Shown here one piece after another: positions 15,276-23,153 of a stretch of DNA of 32,000 nt. Position numbers and translations under genes: made by a program. The notes beneath the pieces are model-generated. The model ran no database searches. It was given only the letters and a program-made list of their open reading frames with translations, and was not told where the DNA came from. Numbering within the stretch: position 1 is the stretch's first letter; each line of letters starts with the position of its first letter. Source of the stretch: Candidatus Electronema aureum (GTDB lineage Bacteria; Desulfobacterota; Desulfobulbia; Desulfobulbales; Desulfobulbaceae); contig NQJD01000018.1 of assembly GCA_004284765.1 (NCBI GenBank), forward strand, positions 16,304 through 48,303, read 5' to 3'.

Positions 15276-18200
15276 ATGCCAAAAGCCCTCCATCCCAAAG
15301 CCGCCGCCTTTGTCAGCCAGAATTTTTTTGTCGGACTGACTTCTTTTGCCGAACTGGAAAACCGCATCGCCGCTCTGCCTGACAATCAGTCTCGCGGCGA
15401 TGCCTTTGAAGTTTTTGCAGAAGCGTACTTATCCACGCAGCGCAGGCATGAGGCAGCGCATGTCTGGCCGTTGAATGCGGTTCCAAGTGCTGTGCTTCAG
15501 CGGCTCAATTTGGGGAGCAAAGATTACGGCATTGACGGCGTGTTCCAAACGCAGCTTGGCCAGCTCAACGCGTATCAGGTGAAATTCCGCACTGACCGGC
15601 CTGCGCTGACATGGCGCGAGCTGTCCACGTTCATGGGACTGGCGGACAGTCCGCAGATTGGCAGCCGAGTTTTGATCACCAACTGCGATGACTTGGCATC
15701 AGTTCTCAACAACCGGCAGGGATTTTTCTGCATTCGCGGCTCAGACTTGGACGAGCTGGAAGCGGATGATTTCCGCGCCATCGAAGCATGGCTGGCAGAT
15801 TCGGCTTTCACAGCGCGGAGAAAAACGCCGAAACAGCATCAGCAGGAAGCATTGGCCGCGCTGCTGCCTGCGCTGGAACAGCATGACCGCGTTTCCGCAA
15901 TCATGGCCTGCGGCACCGGCAAAACCTTAGTCGCGCTGTGGGTTGTCGAGCAGATGCAGGCTGACCGGGTGCTGGTGCTTGTTCCCTCGCTGGCTTTGCT
16001 GCGGCAGCTACTCCATGAATGGCTGCGTGAAACCAGCTTGCCTAATCTTGCTTATCTCTGCGTCTGCTCCGACAAAACAGTGACGGACGGCGTGGACTCT
16101 ATTTCCACGGCGCAGTCTGATCTAGATTTTCCTGTTTCCACCGATGCCGCCAATGTGCGCGGATTTCTTGACGCGCCGTTTGCAGGCCGGAAAATTGTCT
16201 TATCCACCTATCAGTCAGCGGATGTGGTGGGGAAAGCCTTGCGGGAAGGCGAGGCGTTTGATCTGGCGATTTTCGATGAAGCGCATAAAACCGCAGGCCG
16301 GGAGGGGCGCAATTACGCCTTTGCCTTGGACGATGCTAATCTGCTCATCCGCAAGCGGCTATTTTTCACCGCCACGCCGCGCCATTACAATCCGCAGCAG
16401 AAAGACAGCGAAGGCGAGGCGCAGCTTGTCTTTTCCATGGATAAGCCGGAAGTGTACGGCCCGCAGGCATATCGTTTGACCTTTTCCGAAGCTGCTCGGC
16501 AAGACATCATCTGCGGCTACAAGGTCATCATTTCGGTGATCACTTCGGATATGGTGACAAATGAGCTGCTCAGTAAAGGCGAAGTGATGGTGCAGGGCGA
16601 TGCCGTCCGCGCCCGGCAGGTCGCCAATCAAATTGCCCTGCGCGATGCCATTGAGAAATACGGAGCAAAGAAAATCTTCACCTTCCATAAAACGATTGGC
16701 TCTGCCGCGTCTTTTGTCGCCAAGGGCAGCGAGGGCATCCGCACTCATTTGCCGGATTTTGAGACCTTTCATGTCAGCGGCAAGATGGCCACTGCCCAGC
16801 GTGAACGGGAAATGCGCGACTTCAGGGCTGCGGCCCGCGCTGTCATGTCCAACGCCCGTTGTTTGACCGAAGGCGTAGACGTACCTGCCGTGGATATGGT
16901 CGCCTTTCTTTCGCCAAGGCGCAGCCGGGTGGATATTGTGCAGGCCGCTGGCCGTGCCATGCGCCGGGCTGATGGCAAGACGGTCGGCTATGTGCTGGTG
17001 CCGCTTTATGTGGAGCAGGCTGCCGGTGAAACGGTCGAGGAGGCTGTCAGCCGCTCGGAGTTCACTGAAGTTTGGGATGTGCTGAACTCGCTTCAGGAGC
17101 AGGATGACGTGCTGGCTGAGATAATTCGTCAATTTGGCGAGCAGAAAGGGAGCGGCAAAGGACATGATGACAGCCGGATGAGTGAGCGCGTGGACTTTGG
17201 CGGCCCGCGTCTCAGCTTGGAAACGCTCCGTGCTTCTGTTGCAACCCGCTGTTTGGACAGTCTTTGCTCATCGTGGGATGTTTGGTTTGGCAAATTGAAG
17301 GCATTCAAAGAGCGTTTTGGTCATTGCAATGTTGAAACTGGCTGGGAGGAAGACCCTGCTTTAGCAAGTTGGGTAAGTGCTCAACGAACACGTCGGAACA
17401 AAGGACAGCTTTCGCCGGAGCGGGTTCAATTGCTGGAGGAACTTGGCTTTGTTTGGGATTTTCAAACACAAAAGAGCCAAGAGACGTGGATAAAATGGTA
17501 TCGTGAGCTGGAAAGCTACACCAGAGAACATGGTCATCCGCATGTTCCGCAGAGTAGGCCCAAGACTAAATTGGCAAATTGGGTCATGATTCAAAGGGGT
17601 TGTCGTGATAAAAGTTGCTACGGCAATCCACCACTGACAAAAGAGCAGATTGAATTGTTAGACAGACTTGGCTTTCGTTGGAACGTACACGAAGAAAAAT
17701 GGCAGGAGCAGCTTGAACAGCTCAAGCTGTTTAAGGAGCAGAACGGGCATTGCAACGTTGAATTGATGGCTGATGACGGTGATAAATTGCTCGTCTGGGT
17801 AAATAACCAACGCTCAATGTTGGCACAAGGCAAATTAGATGAGGGGCGAAAAGAAAAGCTTGATGCACTTGGCTTTTCTTGGGTTGCAGAATTCTATGAT
17901 CCAAAATGGGAAAAAATGTATGACCGCCTGAAAAATTATCATTCCGAGCATGGTGACGCAGACGTACCAGATGGCCGAACAGAAAACCATCAGCTTGCCA
18001 CTTGGGTTATCAATCAGCGGCAACGGAGGAAAAAGGGACTTGTCCCGGATGAGCAAATTCAACGACTGGATGCGCTCGGCTTTACTTGGCAGCACCGAGA
18101 ACGAGGTGCTTGGGAAGATCGCTATCAAGAGCTGATTGAATTTAAAGAGAAGAATGGTCATTGCAATGTGCCGTTTGGATACAAGGAAGTTCCAAAGCTC

Positions 18201-18530
18201 GGTGCATTTGTAAATAATTCGCGAACACAAAAAGCTGATGGACGCTTGAGCCAAGAGCGAATTGAGCTGCTGGAGCAAATCGGTTTTCAATGGGCAGGTG
18301 AAGTGATTACTGACAAATGGGAAGACCGTTATCTCCAATTACTGTATTTCAAAGAAGAGCACGGGCATTGCAAGGTGCCGTATAATTATCCTGACAACCC
18401 GCAGTTAGGCAAATGGATTAGCAATCAGCGGCAGAAGCGAAAACAGAATAAACTTACGCCGGAGCGGGAACGCCTGCTGGATGAAATCGGCTTTCTGTGG
18501 TCGGCAATTCCAGAGTGCGACGAACTGTAG
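15276..18530 (+). CDS. PD-(D/E)xK-like nuclease domain + SF2 DEAH helicase + six C-terminal helicase-associated (HA) repeats
   Basis: I prefer the ATG at 15276 (MPKALHPK...), because the track start at 15162 is a TTG inside the promoter module. The N-terminus has GDAFEVFAEAYL...DYGIDGVF...YQVKF, an Mrr/restriction-endonuclease-like pattern. Helicase motif I is ACGTGKT, motif II is FDEAHK, and motif VI is the QAAGRAMR region. The C-terminus is the 6x HA repeat array. Confidence 0.85.
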   Translation: MPKALHPKAAAFVSQNFFVGLTSFAELENRIAALPDNQSRGDAFEVFAEAYLSTQRRHEAAHVWPLNAVPSAVLQRLNLGSKDYGIDGVFQTQLGQLNAYQVKFRTDRPALTWRELSTFMGLADSPQIGSRVLITNCDDLASVLNNRQGFFCIRGSDLDELEADDFRAIEAWLADSAFTARRKTPKQHQQEALAALLPALEQHDRVSAIMACGTGKTLVALWVVEQMQADRVLVLVPSLALLRQLLHEWLRETSLPNLAYLCVCSDKTVTDGVDSISTAQSDLDFPVSTDAANVRGFLDAPFAGRKIVLSTYQSADVVGKALREGEAFDLAIFDEAHKTAGREGRNYAFALDDANLLIRKRLFFTATPRHYNPQQKDSEGEAQLVFSMDKPEVYGPQAYRLTFSEAARQDIICGYKVIISVITSDMVTNELLSKGEVMVQGDAVRARQVANQIALRDAIEKYGAKKIFTFHKTIGSAASFVAKGSEGIRTHLPDFETFHVSGKMATAQREREMRDFRAAARAVMSNARCLTEGVDVPAVDMVAFLSPRRSRVDIVQAAGRAMRRADGKTVGYVLVPLYVEQAAGETVEEAVSRSEFTEVWDVLNSLQEQDDVLAEIIRQFGEQKGSGKGHDDSRMSERVDFGGPRLSLETLRASVATRCLDSLCSSWDVWFGKLKAFKERFGHCNVETGWEEDPALASWVSAQRTRRNKGQLSPERVQLLEELGFVWDFQTQKSQETWIKWYRELESYTREHGHPHVPQSRPKTKLANWVMIQRGCRDKSCYGNPPLTKEQIELLDRLGFRWNVHEEKWQEQLEQLKLFKEQNGHCNVELMADDGDKLLVWVNNQRSMLAQGKLDEGRKEKLDALGFSWVAEFYDPKWEKMYDRLKNYHSEHGDADVPDGRTENHQLATWVINQRQRRKKGLVPDEQIQRLDALGFTWQHRERGAWEDRYQELIEFKEKNGHCNVPFGYKEVPKLGAFVNNSRTQKADGRLSQERIELLEQIGFQWAGEVITDKWEDRYLQLLYFKEEHGHCKVPYNYPDNPQLGKWISNQRQKRKQNKLTPERERLLDEIGFLWSAIPECDEL
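17274..18506 (+). repeat. six tandem coding repeats of about 63-70 aa (helicase-associated HA domain)
   Basis: The pattern W..xx..L..F...(H/N)GH..VP......LG.WV..QR.....G.L...R...L..lGF.W recurs six times (WDVWFGKL.., WIKWYREL.., WQEQLEQL.., WEKMYDRL.., WEDRYQEL.., WEDRYLQL..). At nucleotide level GG(T/G)CATTGCAA(T/C/G)GT recurs four times. Confidence 0.85.
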
Positions 18531-18611
18531 ATGCCGCTGCCTGCGGAATTGCTGAGGAGCTATGCCATTTTTATGCGGATACCGAGAAGAGTGAGGCGAG
18601 TCTTGGTTACT

Positions 18612-18711
18612 GCTTGACTTGAAAGGGATTAAGGAGCAGAATACTGTTCAACAGTCCCGACAGATGGTTGTTACCACTCTTGGCGCAAAAAGGGGAAGTC
18701 CTTTTCCGCGC
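18612..18711 (+). promoter_or_regulatory. promoter plus conserved leader module, copy 2 (upstream of the EF-G paralogue)
   Basis: TTGACT at 18614-18619, a 17-nt spacer, then CAGAAT at 18637-18642. A 13-nt palindromic core ACTGTTCAACAGT follows, then the conserved 56-nt block at 18656-18711 with the hairpin GGCGC-A-AAAAGG-GGAAGT-CCTTTT-CC-GCGCC. Confidence 0.6.
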
Positions 18712-18754
18712 CAACCCTCTGCCGACAGATCAATACTTGGCACCGGAGGCATTC

Positions 18755-20824
18755 ATGCGCGACGTTCAGCAGATCAGGAACATGGTTATCCTTGGACACG
18801 GTCACAGCGGCAAAACCACTCTTTCTGAGGCTCTGCTTTTCACTGCTGATGCGGTCGGTCGGCTGGGCAGGGTGGACGAGGGCAGCTCCGTGCTGGACTT
18901 CGAGGAGGAGGAAATCCACCGGAAAATCTCCATCAGTGCGGCGTTCGGCCATCTCCAATGGCAGGGCTGCGAAATATTTTTGACTGATACGCCGGGTGAT
19001 GACAACTTTATCAACGAGACTAAATTTGCAGCTCGATTAGCGGACAGCGCACTGCTGACTGTAGGCGGCGTACTGGGCGTACGCAGCCAGACAGAGCGGT
19101 TTGTTGATTTGATTACAGAGCGCAAACTGCCTTGTCTGATCTGCATCACCAAAATGGACCGAGAGCGGGCCAATTTTTTGGAGACCTTTGATGAAATCCG
19201 CCAAACTTTTGCAACCCTGAACCCGGCGGTGATTTATCTGCCCATTGGCGCAGAAAAGGACTTCAAAGGTGTGGTCGATGTTATCAACAACCGTGCTTTA
19301 TTCTTCCGGCCAGACGGCACAACGGATCGTGCCGAGATACCTGCTGAACTCGTCGATGAGGTTGATGCTCGCCGCGCCAGCCTAATGGAGTATGTTGCCG
19401 AGACTGACGACGACCTGCTGGAGCATTTTCTTGAGGAAGGTGAGCTGTCTGACGAAGCATTGAAGAATGGGCTGGCGGCGGCGGTGCGGCAAGGTAAAAT
19501 CGCGCCAGTGCTGCCTTGCTCGCCGCTGAATAATGCAGGCAGCTCGGTGATTCTTGACACCATCGCTCACCTGTTGCCCTCACCGGATCAGCGTCCGGTG
19601 CTGATTGGCACTCATCCCAAAACCAAAGAGTTAGTGCAGCGAAGAGGTTTGGCAGAGGCACCGTTCTCCGCGCAAGTTCTGAAAACCACTGCTGACCCTT
19701 TTATCGGGCGGCTGACCGTCTTCCGGGTGCTGTCTGGTACGCTCAAAGGCGATAGTTTTTATAACTCTACCAAGGGTGAAAGCGAGCGATTCAGCCATCT
19801 TTTTCTCATCCACGGCAAAGAGGAGAAGGAGGTGGAGAGCGTCTGCGCAGGCATGATTGCGGCTGTTGCCAAGCTGAAGAATACTGGCACGGGCGATACC
19901 CTTTGCGAAGAAGGCAATCCGGTGGTCTATGAACCGATAGAGCCGCTGCCTCCGGTCATTTCCTACGCGGTCACGGCCAAAGTTGAAAAGGACGAGGAAA
20001 AACTTTTCTCTGCCCTGACCAAAATGCTGGACGAAGATTTAACCCTACGTTTAACCCGTCAAACGCAGACTCACGAGGTGCTGCTCTCTGGTATCGGCCA
20101 AGTCCATTTGGAAGTGATCAAAGAGCGTCTCAAGCGTAAGTTTGGCGTGGAAATGGATTTAGCCGTGCCAAAAATTCCCTACCGCGAGACGTTAAAAGGC
20201 AAGGCAACCGCGCAGGGCAAGCACAAAAAGCAATCCGGTGGCCGAGGTCAGTTCGGCGATTGCACCATTGAGATTGAACCGCTGAAAAACGGCGAGCATT
20301 TTGAATTTGTCGATAAGATTGTTGGCGGCACAATTCCTCAGCAATATCGACCGGCGGTAGAGAAAGGCATTGTCGAAGCAATGGAAAAAGGCGTACTGGC
20401 GGGCTATCCTTTTGAGGGACTCAAAATTAGCCTCCTTGACGGCTCCTATCACAACGTTGATTCTTCAGAAATGGCCTTCAAAATTGCCGGTTCCTTAGCC
20501 TTTAAGCAAGCAGTGATGCTGGCTCATCCTGTGTTGTTGGAGCCGGTCATGGAGATGGAAATTAGGGTCGATAAGGAGCATGTTGGTGATGTGATGGGCG
20601 ATCTCAATTCGCGCCGAGGCAAGGTGCTGGGTATGGACTCCAACAGCAGGCGTGAGATCATTCGGGCGCAGGTTCCGCAGGCAGAAATCCAGCTCTACGG
20701 CTTGGAGCTGACCTCCATGACTGGTGGCCGAGGCACCTTCACGGTCAAGTTCTCCCACTACGAGGAAGTGCCCGCGCATATCGCTCAGAAGATTATCGCG
20801 GCGCATGTAGTGGATGTTGAGTAG
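18755..20824 (+). CDS. elongation factor G paralogue (EF-G-like translational GTPase) with a divergent G domain
   Basis: GGAGG lies 5 nt upstream of the ATG at 18755. G1 is GHGHSGKTT, G3 is DTPGDDNF, G4 is TKMD. All five EF-G domains are recognisable (GDTLC domain II, domain IV HKKQSGGRGQFG, domain V). The track start at 18668 lies inside the leader repeat. Confidence 0.85.
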   Translation: MRDVQQIRNMVILGHGHSGKTTLSEALLFTADAVGRLGRVDEGSSVLDFEEEEIHRKISISAAFGHLQWQGCEIFLTDTPGDDNFINETKFAARLADSALLTVGGVLGVRSQTERFVDLITERKLPCLICITKMDRERANFLETFDEIRQTFATLNPAVIYLPIGAEKDFKGVVDVINNRALFFRPDGTTDRAEIPAELVDEVDARRASLMEYVAETDDDLLEHFLEEGELSDEALKNGLAAAVRQGKIAPVLPCSPLNNAGSSVILDTIAHLLPSPDQRPVLIGTHPKTKELVQRRGLAEAPFSAQVLKTTADPFIGRLTVFRVLSGTLKGDSFYNSTKGESERFSHLFLIHGKEEKEVESVCAGMIAAVAKLKNTGTGDTLCEEGNPVVYEPIEPLPPVISYAVTAKVEKDEEKLFSALTKMLDEDLTLRLTRQTQTHEVLLSGIGQVHLEVIKERLKRKFGVEMDLAVPKIPYRETLKGKATAQGKHKKQSGGRGQFGDCTIEIEPLKNGEHFEFVDKIVGGTIPQQYRPAVEKGIVEAMEKGVLAGYPFEGLKISLLDGSYHNVDSSEMAFKIAGSLAFKQAVMLAHPVLLEPVMEMEIRVDKEHVGDVMGDLNSRRGKVLGMDSNSRREIIRAQVPQAEIQLYGLELTSMTGGRGTFTVKFSHYEEVPAHIAQKIIAAHVVDVE

Positions 20825-20851
20825 AGATACATTTTCCGTATCCCTAAATAT

Positions 20852-20877
20852 CAGGGGCAGGCGCAAGGCTGCCCCTG
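20852..20877 (+). terminator. stem-loop after the EF-G paralogue
   Basis: A perfect 9-bp GC-rich stem CAGGGGCAG / CTGCCCCTG with an 8-nt loop, 28 nt after the stop. There is no clear U-tract, so intrinsic terminator function is uncertain. Confidence 0.45.
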
Positions 20878-20932
20878 AGTATGCCGTTATTCATCAAGGC
20901 TTTGAGCTGAACGTATTGATGTTCTTATTGGC

Positions 20933-20961
20933 TTACGGCATCGGGAAAATTATTCTATAAT
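20933..20961 (+). promoter_or_regulatory. possible sigma70-type promoter for the RACo-like gene
   Basis: A perfect -10 TATAAT at 20956-20961 and a weak -35 TTACGG at 20933-20938 with a 17-nt spacer. Confidence 0.35.
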
Positions 20962-21027
20962 TCACAACTTGGGTTGGATATTTCAACGAGCAGATGTGAA
21001 TCCTGCCCGCAGACCACGGAGCCGTCC

Positions 21028-22953
21028 ATGAAGCACACTGTCACCTTTTTGCCTGACAACATCACTGCCTTTGTCAATCAAGGCGAGAACCTGCTCACTG
21101 CGGCTGCGAAAGCCGGGGTCTATGTCCATGCCTGTTGCGGCGGCGATGGTGTTTGCGGCAAATGTAAGGTGCTGGTCAAAGGCGAGGTGCGCTCGGACAA
21201 GGCCAACCTCAAGCAGGAAGACTGGGACAAGGGCTTCCGGCTGGCCTGTCGTTCGACGGTAGAAAGCGATGTGGAAGTGACTATCCCAGAGCTAACTACC
21301 AAGGGCGGCAAGGCTCTCAAGCGCAAGCCGAAGACCACCCGCACCGTCTCGGCAAAAGCCTTAGACAGCTTGGTCGGCAAGTGGGATATTGACCCACCAG
21401 TGAGCAAGCTCTACTTAGAGCTGCCGCCGCCGACCATCGAGGATAACATCGCTGATATGCAGCGGGTAATGCGTGGCATCCGCCAGCATTGGCCTGATCC
21501 CCGTGACCCTTACTACGACCTGCCACAGCTCATCAAATATCTACCGAGAACGCTGCGTGAGGCAGACTGGAAAGTCACGCTTCTCTTACTACGGGGCAGA
21601 CACAAGGGTGATCCGTTCCGCATCATTGATATCGAAGCAGGCGATACCACCGGCAAGCTCTATGGGCTGGCCGTTGATATCGGTACTACGACCTGCTCTG
21701 GCGTGCTGATCAACCTGCATACCGGCGAGGTGCTGGCTGAGTCCTCAGGCTATAACGGCCAGATCAGCTTTGGCGAGGATGTCATCTCGCGCATTATCTA
21801 TGCCGCCCGGCCCGGTGGCTTGAAGGCCCTGCAAGCGAAGGTGGTTGCCACCATCAACGCGATCATTGATGATATCTGCCGCCAGCTGATCATCAGTCCG
21901 TCGGACATTGCCTATATGATGGCCGCTGGCAACACGGTCATGTCGCACTTACTGCTAGGGATTGACCCCAAATATCTGCGCGAGGCTCCCTATGTGCCGA
22001 GTGTCAGCGAGTTCCCCTTGACCAGAGCAGCGGAGCTGGGTCTTCATGCCCATCCTTCTACCCGCCTCTTCCTCTATCCCTGCGTGGCCTCCTATGTGGG
22101 CGGGGATATTGTTTCCGGTGCTCATGCCTGCCAGATGGCGAAGTCGGACAAGGTGAGCTTGTTTATAGATATCGGCACGAATGGCGAGATCGTGGTCGGC
22201 GGCAAGGATTGGTTAGTCTGCGCGGCTTGCTCGGCTGGCCCGGCCTTTGAAGGCGGCGGCATCCAATACGGAATGCGGGCCTCCACCGGGGCGATAGAGA
22301 AGTTTAAGATACACCCAGAAAGCCTTGAGCCGATGCTGGTCACGGTGGGACAAACCAAGCCGAGTGGCATTTGTGGCTCTGGCCTGATTGCTATTGTTGC
22401 CGAGCTGCTGGAGAACAAGGTCATTGATCAGCAAGGTAAGTTCCGCCACGACTTAGACACGCCCCGCGTGCGTCAGGGCAGCAGCGGCTGGGAGTACGTC
22501 CTTGCTTGGAAGCACAACTCGATGATCGGCGAAGATATCATTCTCACCGAGGTGGACATTGATAACCTGATGCGGGCTAAGGGCGCGATGTATGCAGGTT
22601 ATCGGACCCTGCTTGAATCCGTGGGCCTCAGCTTTGCTGATTTAGAGCAGGTGATCTTGGCGGGTAACTTTGGTGCTTACCTTGAGTTAGAGCAGGCGAT
22701 CTGCATTGGCCTGCTGCCAGACATTGACCGCAACAGCTTTTATTATCTTGGTAATGCCTCGATGCTCGGCTGCCAGATCAGCATGACTGACATGAACCGC
22801 TTCCGCGAGCGGGACGGGGTACGTCAGCTCATGACCAACATGGAGCTTTCGGAAAGCCCAGACTTCATGCAGCACTATATGGCGGCCCTCTTCCTACCGC
22901 ACACCGACATGCGCCTCTTCCCTTCGGTGAGTAAGAAGTTGGAGGACGTTTAA
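21028..22953 (+). CDS. ASKHA-fold corrinoid-activation (RACo-like, DUF4445-type) protein with an N-terminal plant-type [2Fe-2S] ferredoxin domain
   Basis: I prefer the ATG at 21028 (MKHTVTFLPD...), which has GGAG upstream. The ferredoxin motif is CCGGDGVCGKCKV...LAC. The ATPase phosphate motifs are LAVDIGTTT and FIDIGTNGE, and GICGSGL is present. This is the typical RACo family architecture. Confidence 0.8.
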   Translation: MKHTVTFLPDNITAFVNQGENLLTAAAKAGVYVHACCGGDGVCGKCKVLVKGEVRSDKANLKQEDWDKGFRLACRSTVESDVEVTIPELTTKGGKALKRKPKTTRTVSAKALDSLVGKWDIDPPVSKLYLELPPPTIEDNIADMQRVMRGIRQHWPDPRDPYYDLPQLIKYLPRTLREADWKVTLLLLRGRHKGDPFRIIDIEAGDTTGKLYGLAVDIGTTTCSGVLINLHTGEVLAESSGYNGQISFGEDVISRIIYAARPGGLKALQAKVVATINAIIDDICRQLIISPSDIAYMMAAGNTVMSHLLLGIDPKYLREAPYVPSVSEFPLTRAAELGLHAHPSTRLFLYPCVASYVGGDIVSGAHACQMAKSDKVSLFIDIGTNGEIVVGGKDWLVCAACSAGPAFEGGGIQYGMRASTGAIEKFKIHPESLEPMLVTVGQTKPSGICGSGLIAIVAELLENKVIDQQGKFRHDLDTPRVRQGSSGWEYVLAWKHNSMIGEDIILTEVDIDNLMRAKGAMYAGYRTLLESVGLSFADLEQVILAGNFGAYLELEQAICIGLLPDIDRNSFYYLGNASMLGCQISMTDMNRFRERDGVRQLMTNMELSESPDFMQHYMAALFLPHTDMRLFPSVSKKLEDV

Positions 22954-23069
22954 CGTGTTAAACTTTTTGCGCAAGCAGAAATTATCCGACAAACCTATCT
23001 GAATGAGATAGATGTCGCGCAATCCTGCACTGACATCAGATCAGCGCAGCCGTATTCTTCAGCAAATGC

Positions 23070-23098
23070 TTGACAGGTCGCGCTGTTGGGCATAAAGT
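23070..23098 (+). promoter_or_regulatory. probable sigma70-type promoter for fmt
   Basis: TTGACA at 23070-23075, a 17-nt spacer, then TAAAGT at 23093-23098, about 55 nt upstream of the fmt ATG. Confidence 0.45.
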
Positions 23099-23153
23099 GG
23101 AGTCTCCTTTACAAACTCTGCTTTCCATTAAGAAGAAACCCACAGCGTTGCTA

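Noticed and set aside
17274-18506. The regular ~200-nt periodicity could be mistaken for a CRISPR-like or satellite array.
   Set aside because: The repeats are in-frame protein-domain repeats (HA domain) inside one long ORF. Conservation is at the amino-acid level, and there is no short identical direct repeat with unique spacers.
18668-18754. N-terminal extension of the EF-G paralogue from the track start at 18668 (LLPLLAQKGEVLFRANPLPTDQYLAPEAF...).
   Set aside because: The ATG at 18755 has a strong GGAGG 5 nt upstream and gives the normal short EF-G N-terminus before the P-loop. The extension lies inside the non-coding repeat module.
20974-21027. A TTG start at 20974 adding MDISTSRCESCPQTTEPS to the RACo-like protein, which could be read as an extra Cys motif.
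   Set aside because: The family normally starts directly with the ferredoxin beta-strand (MKHTVTF...). The ATG at 21028 has GGAG upstream, and the predicted TATAAT promoter lies just upstream of the TTG.
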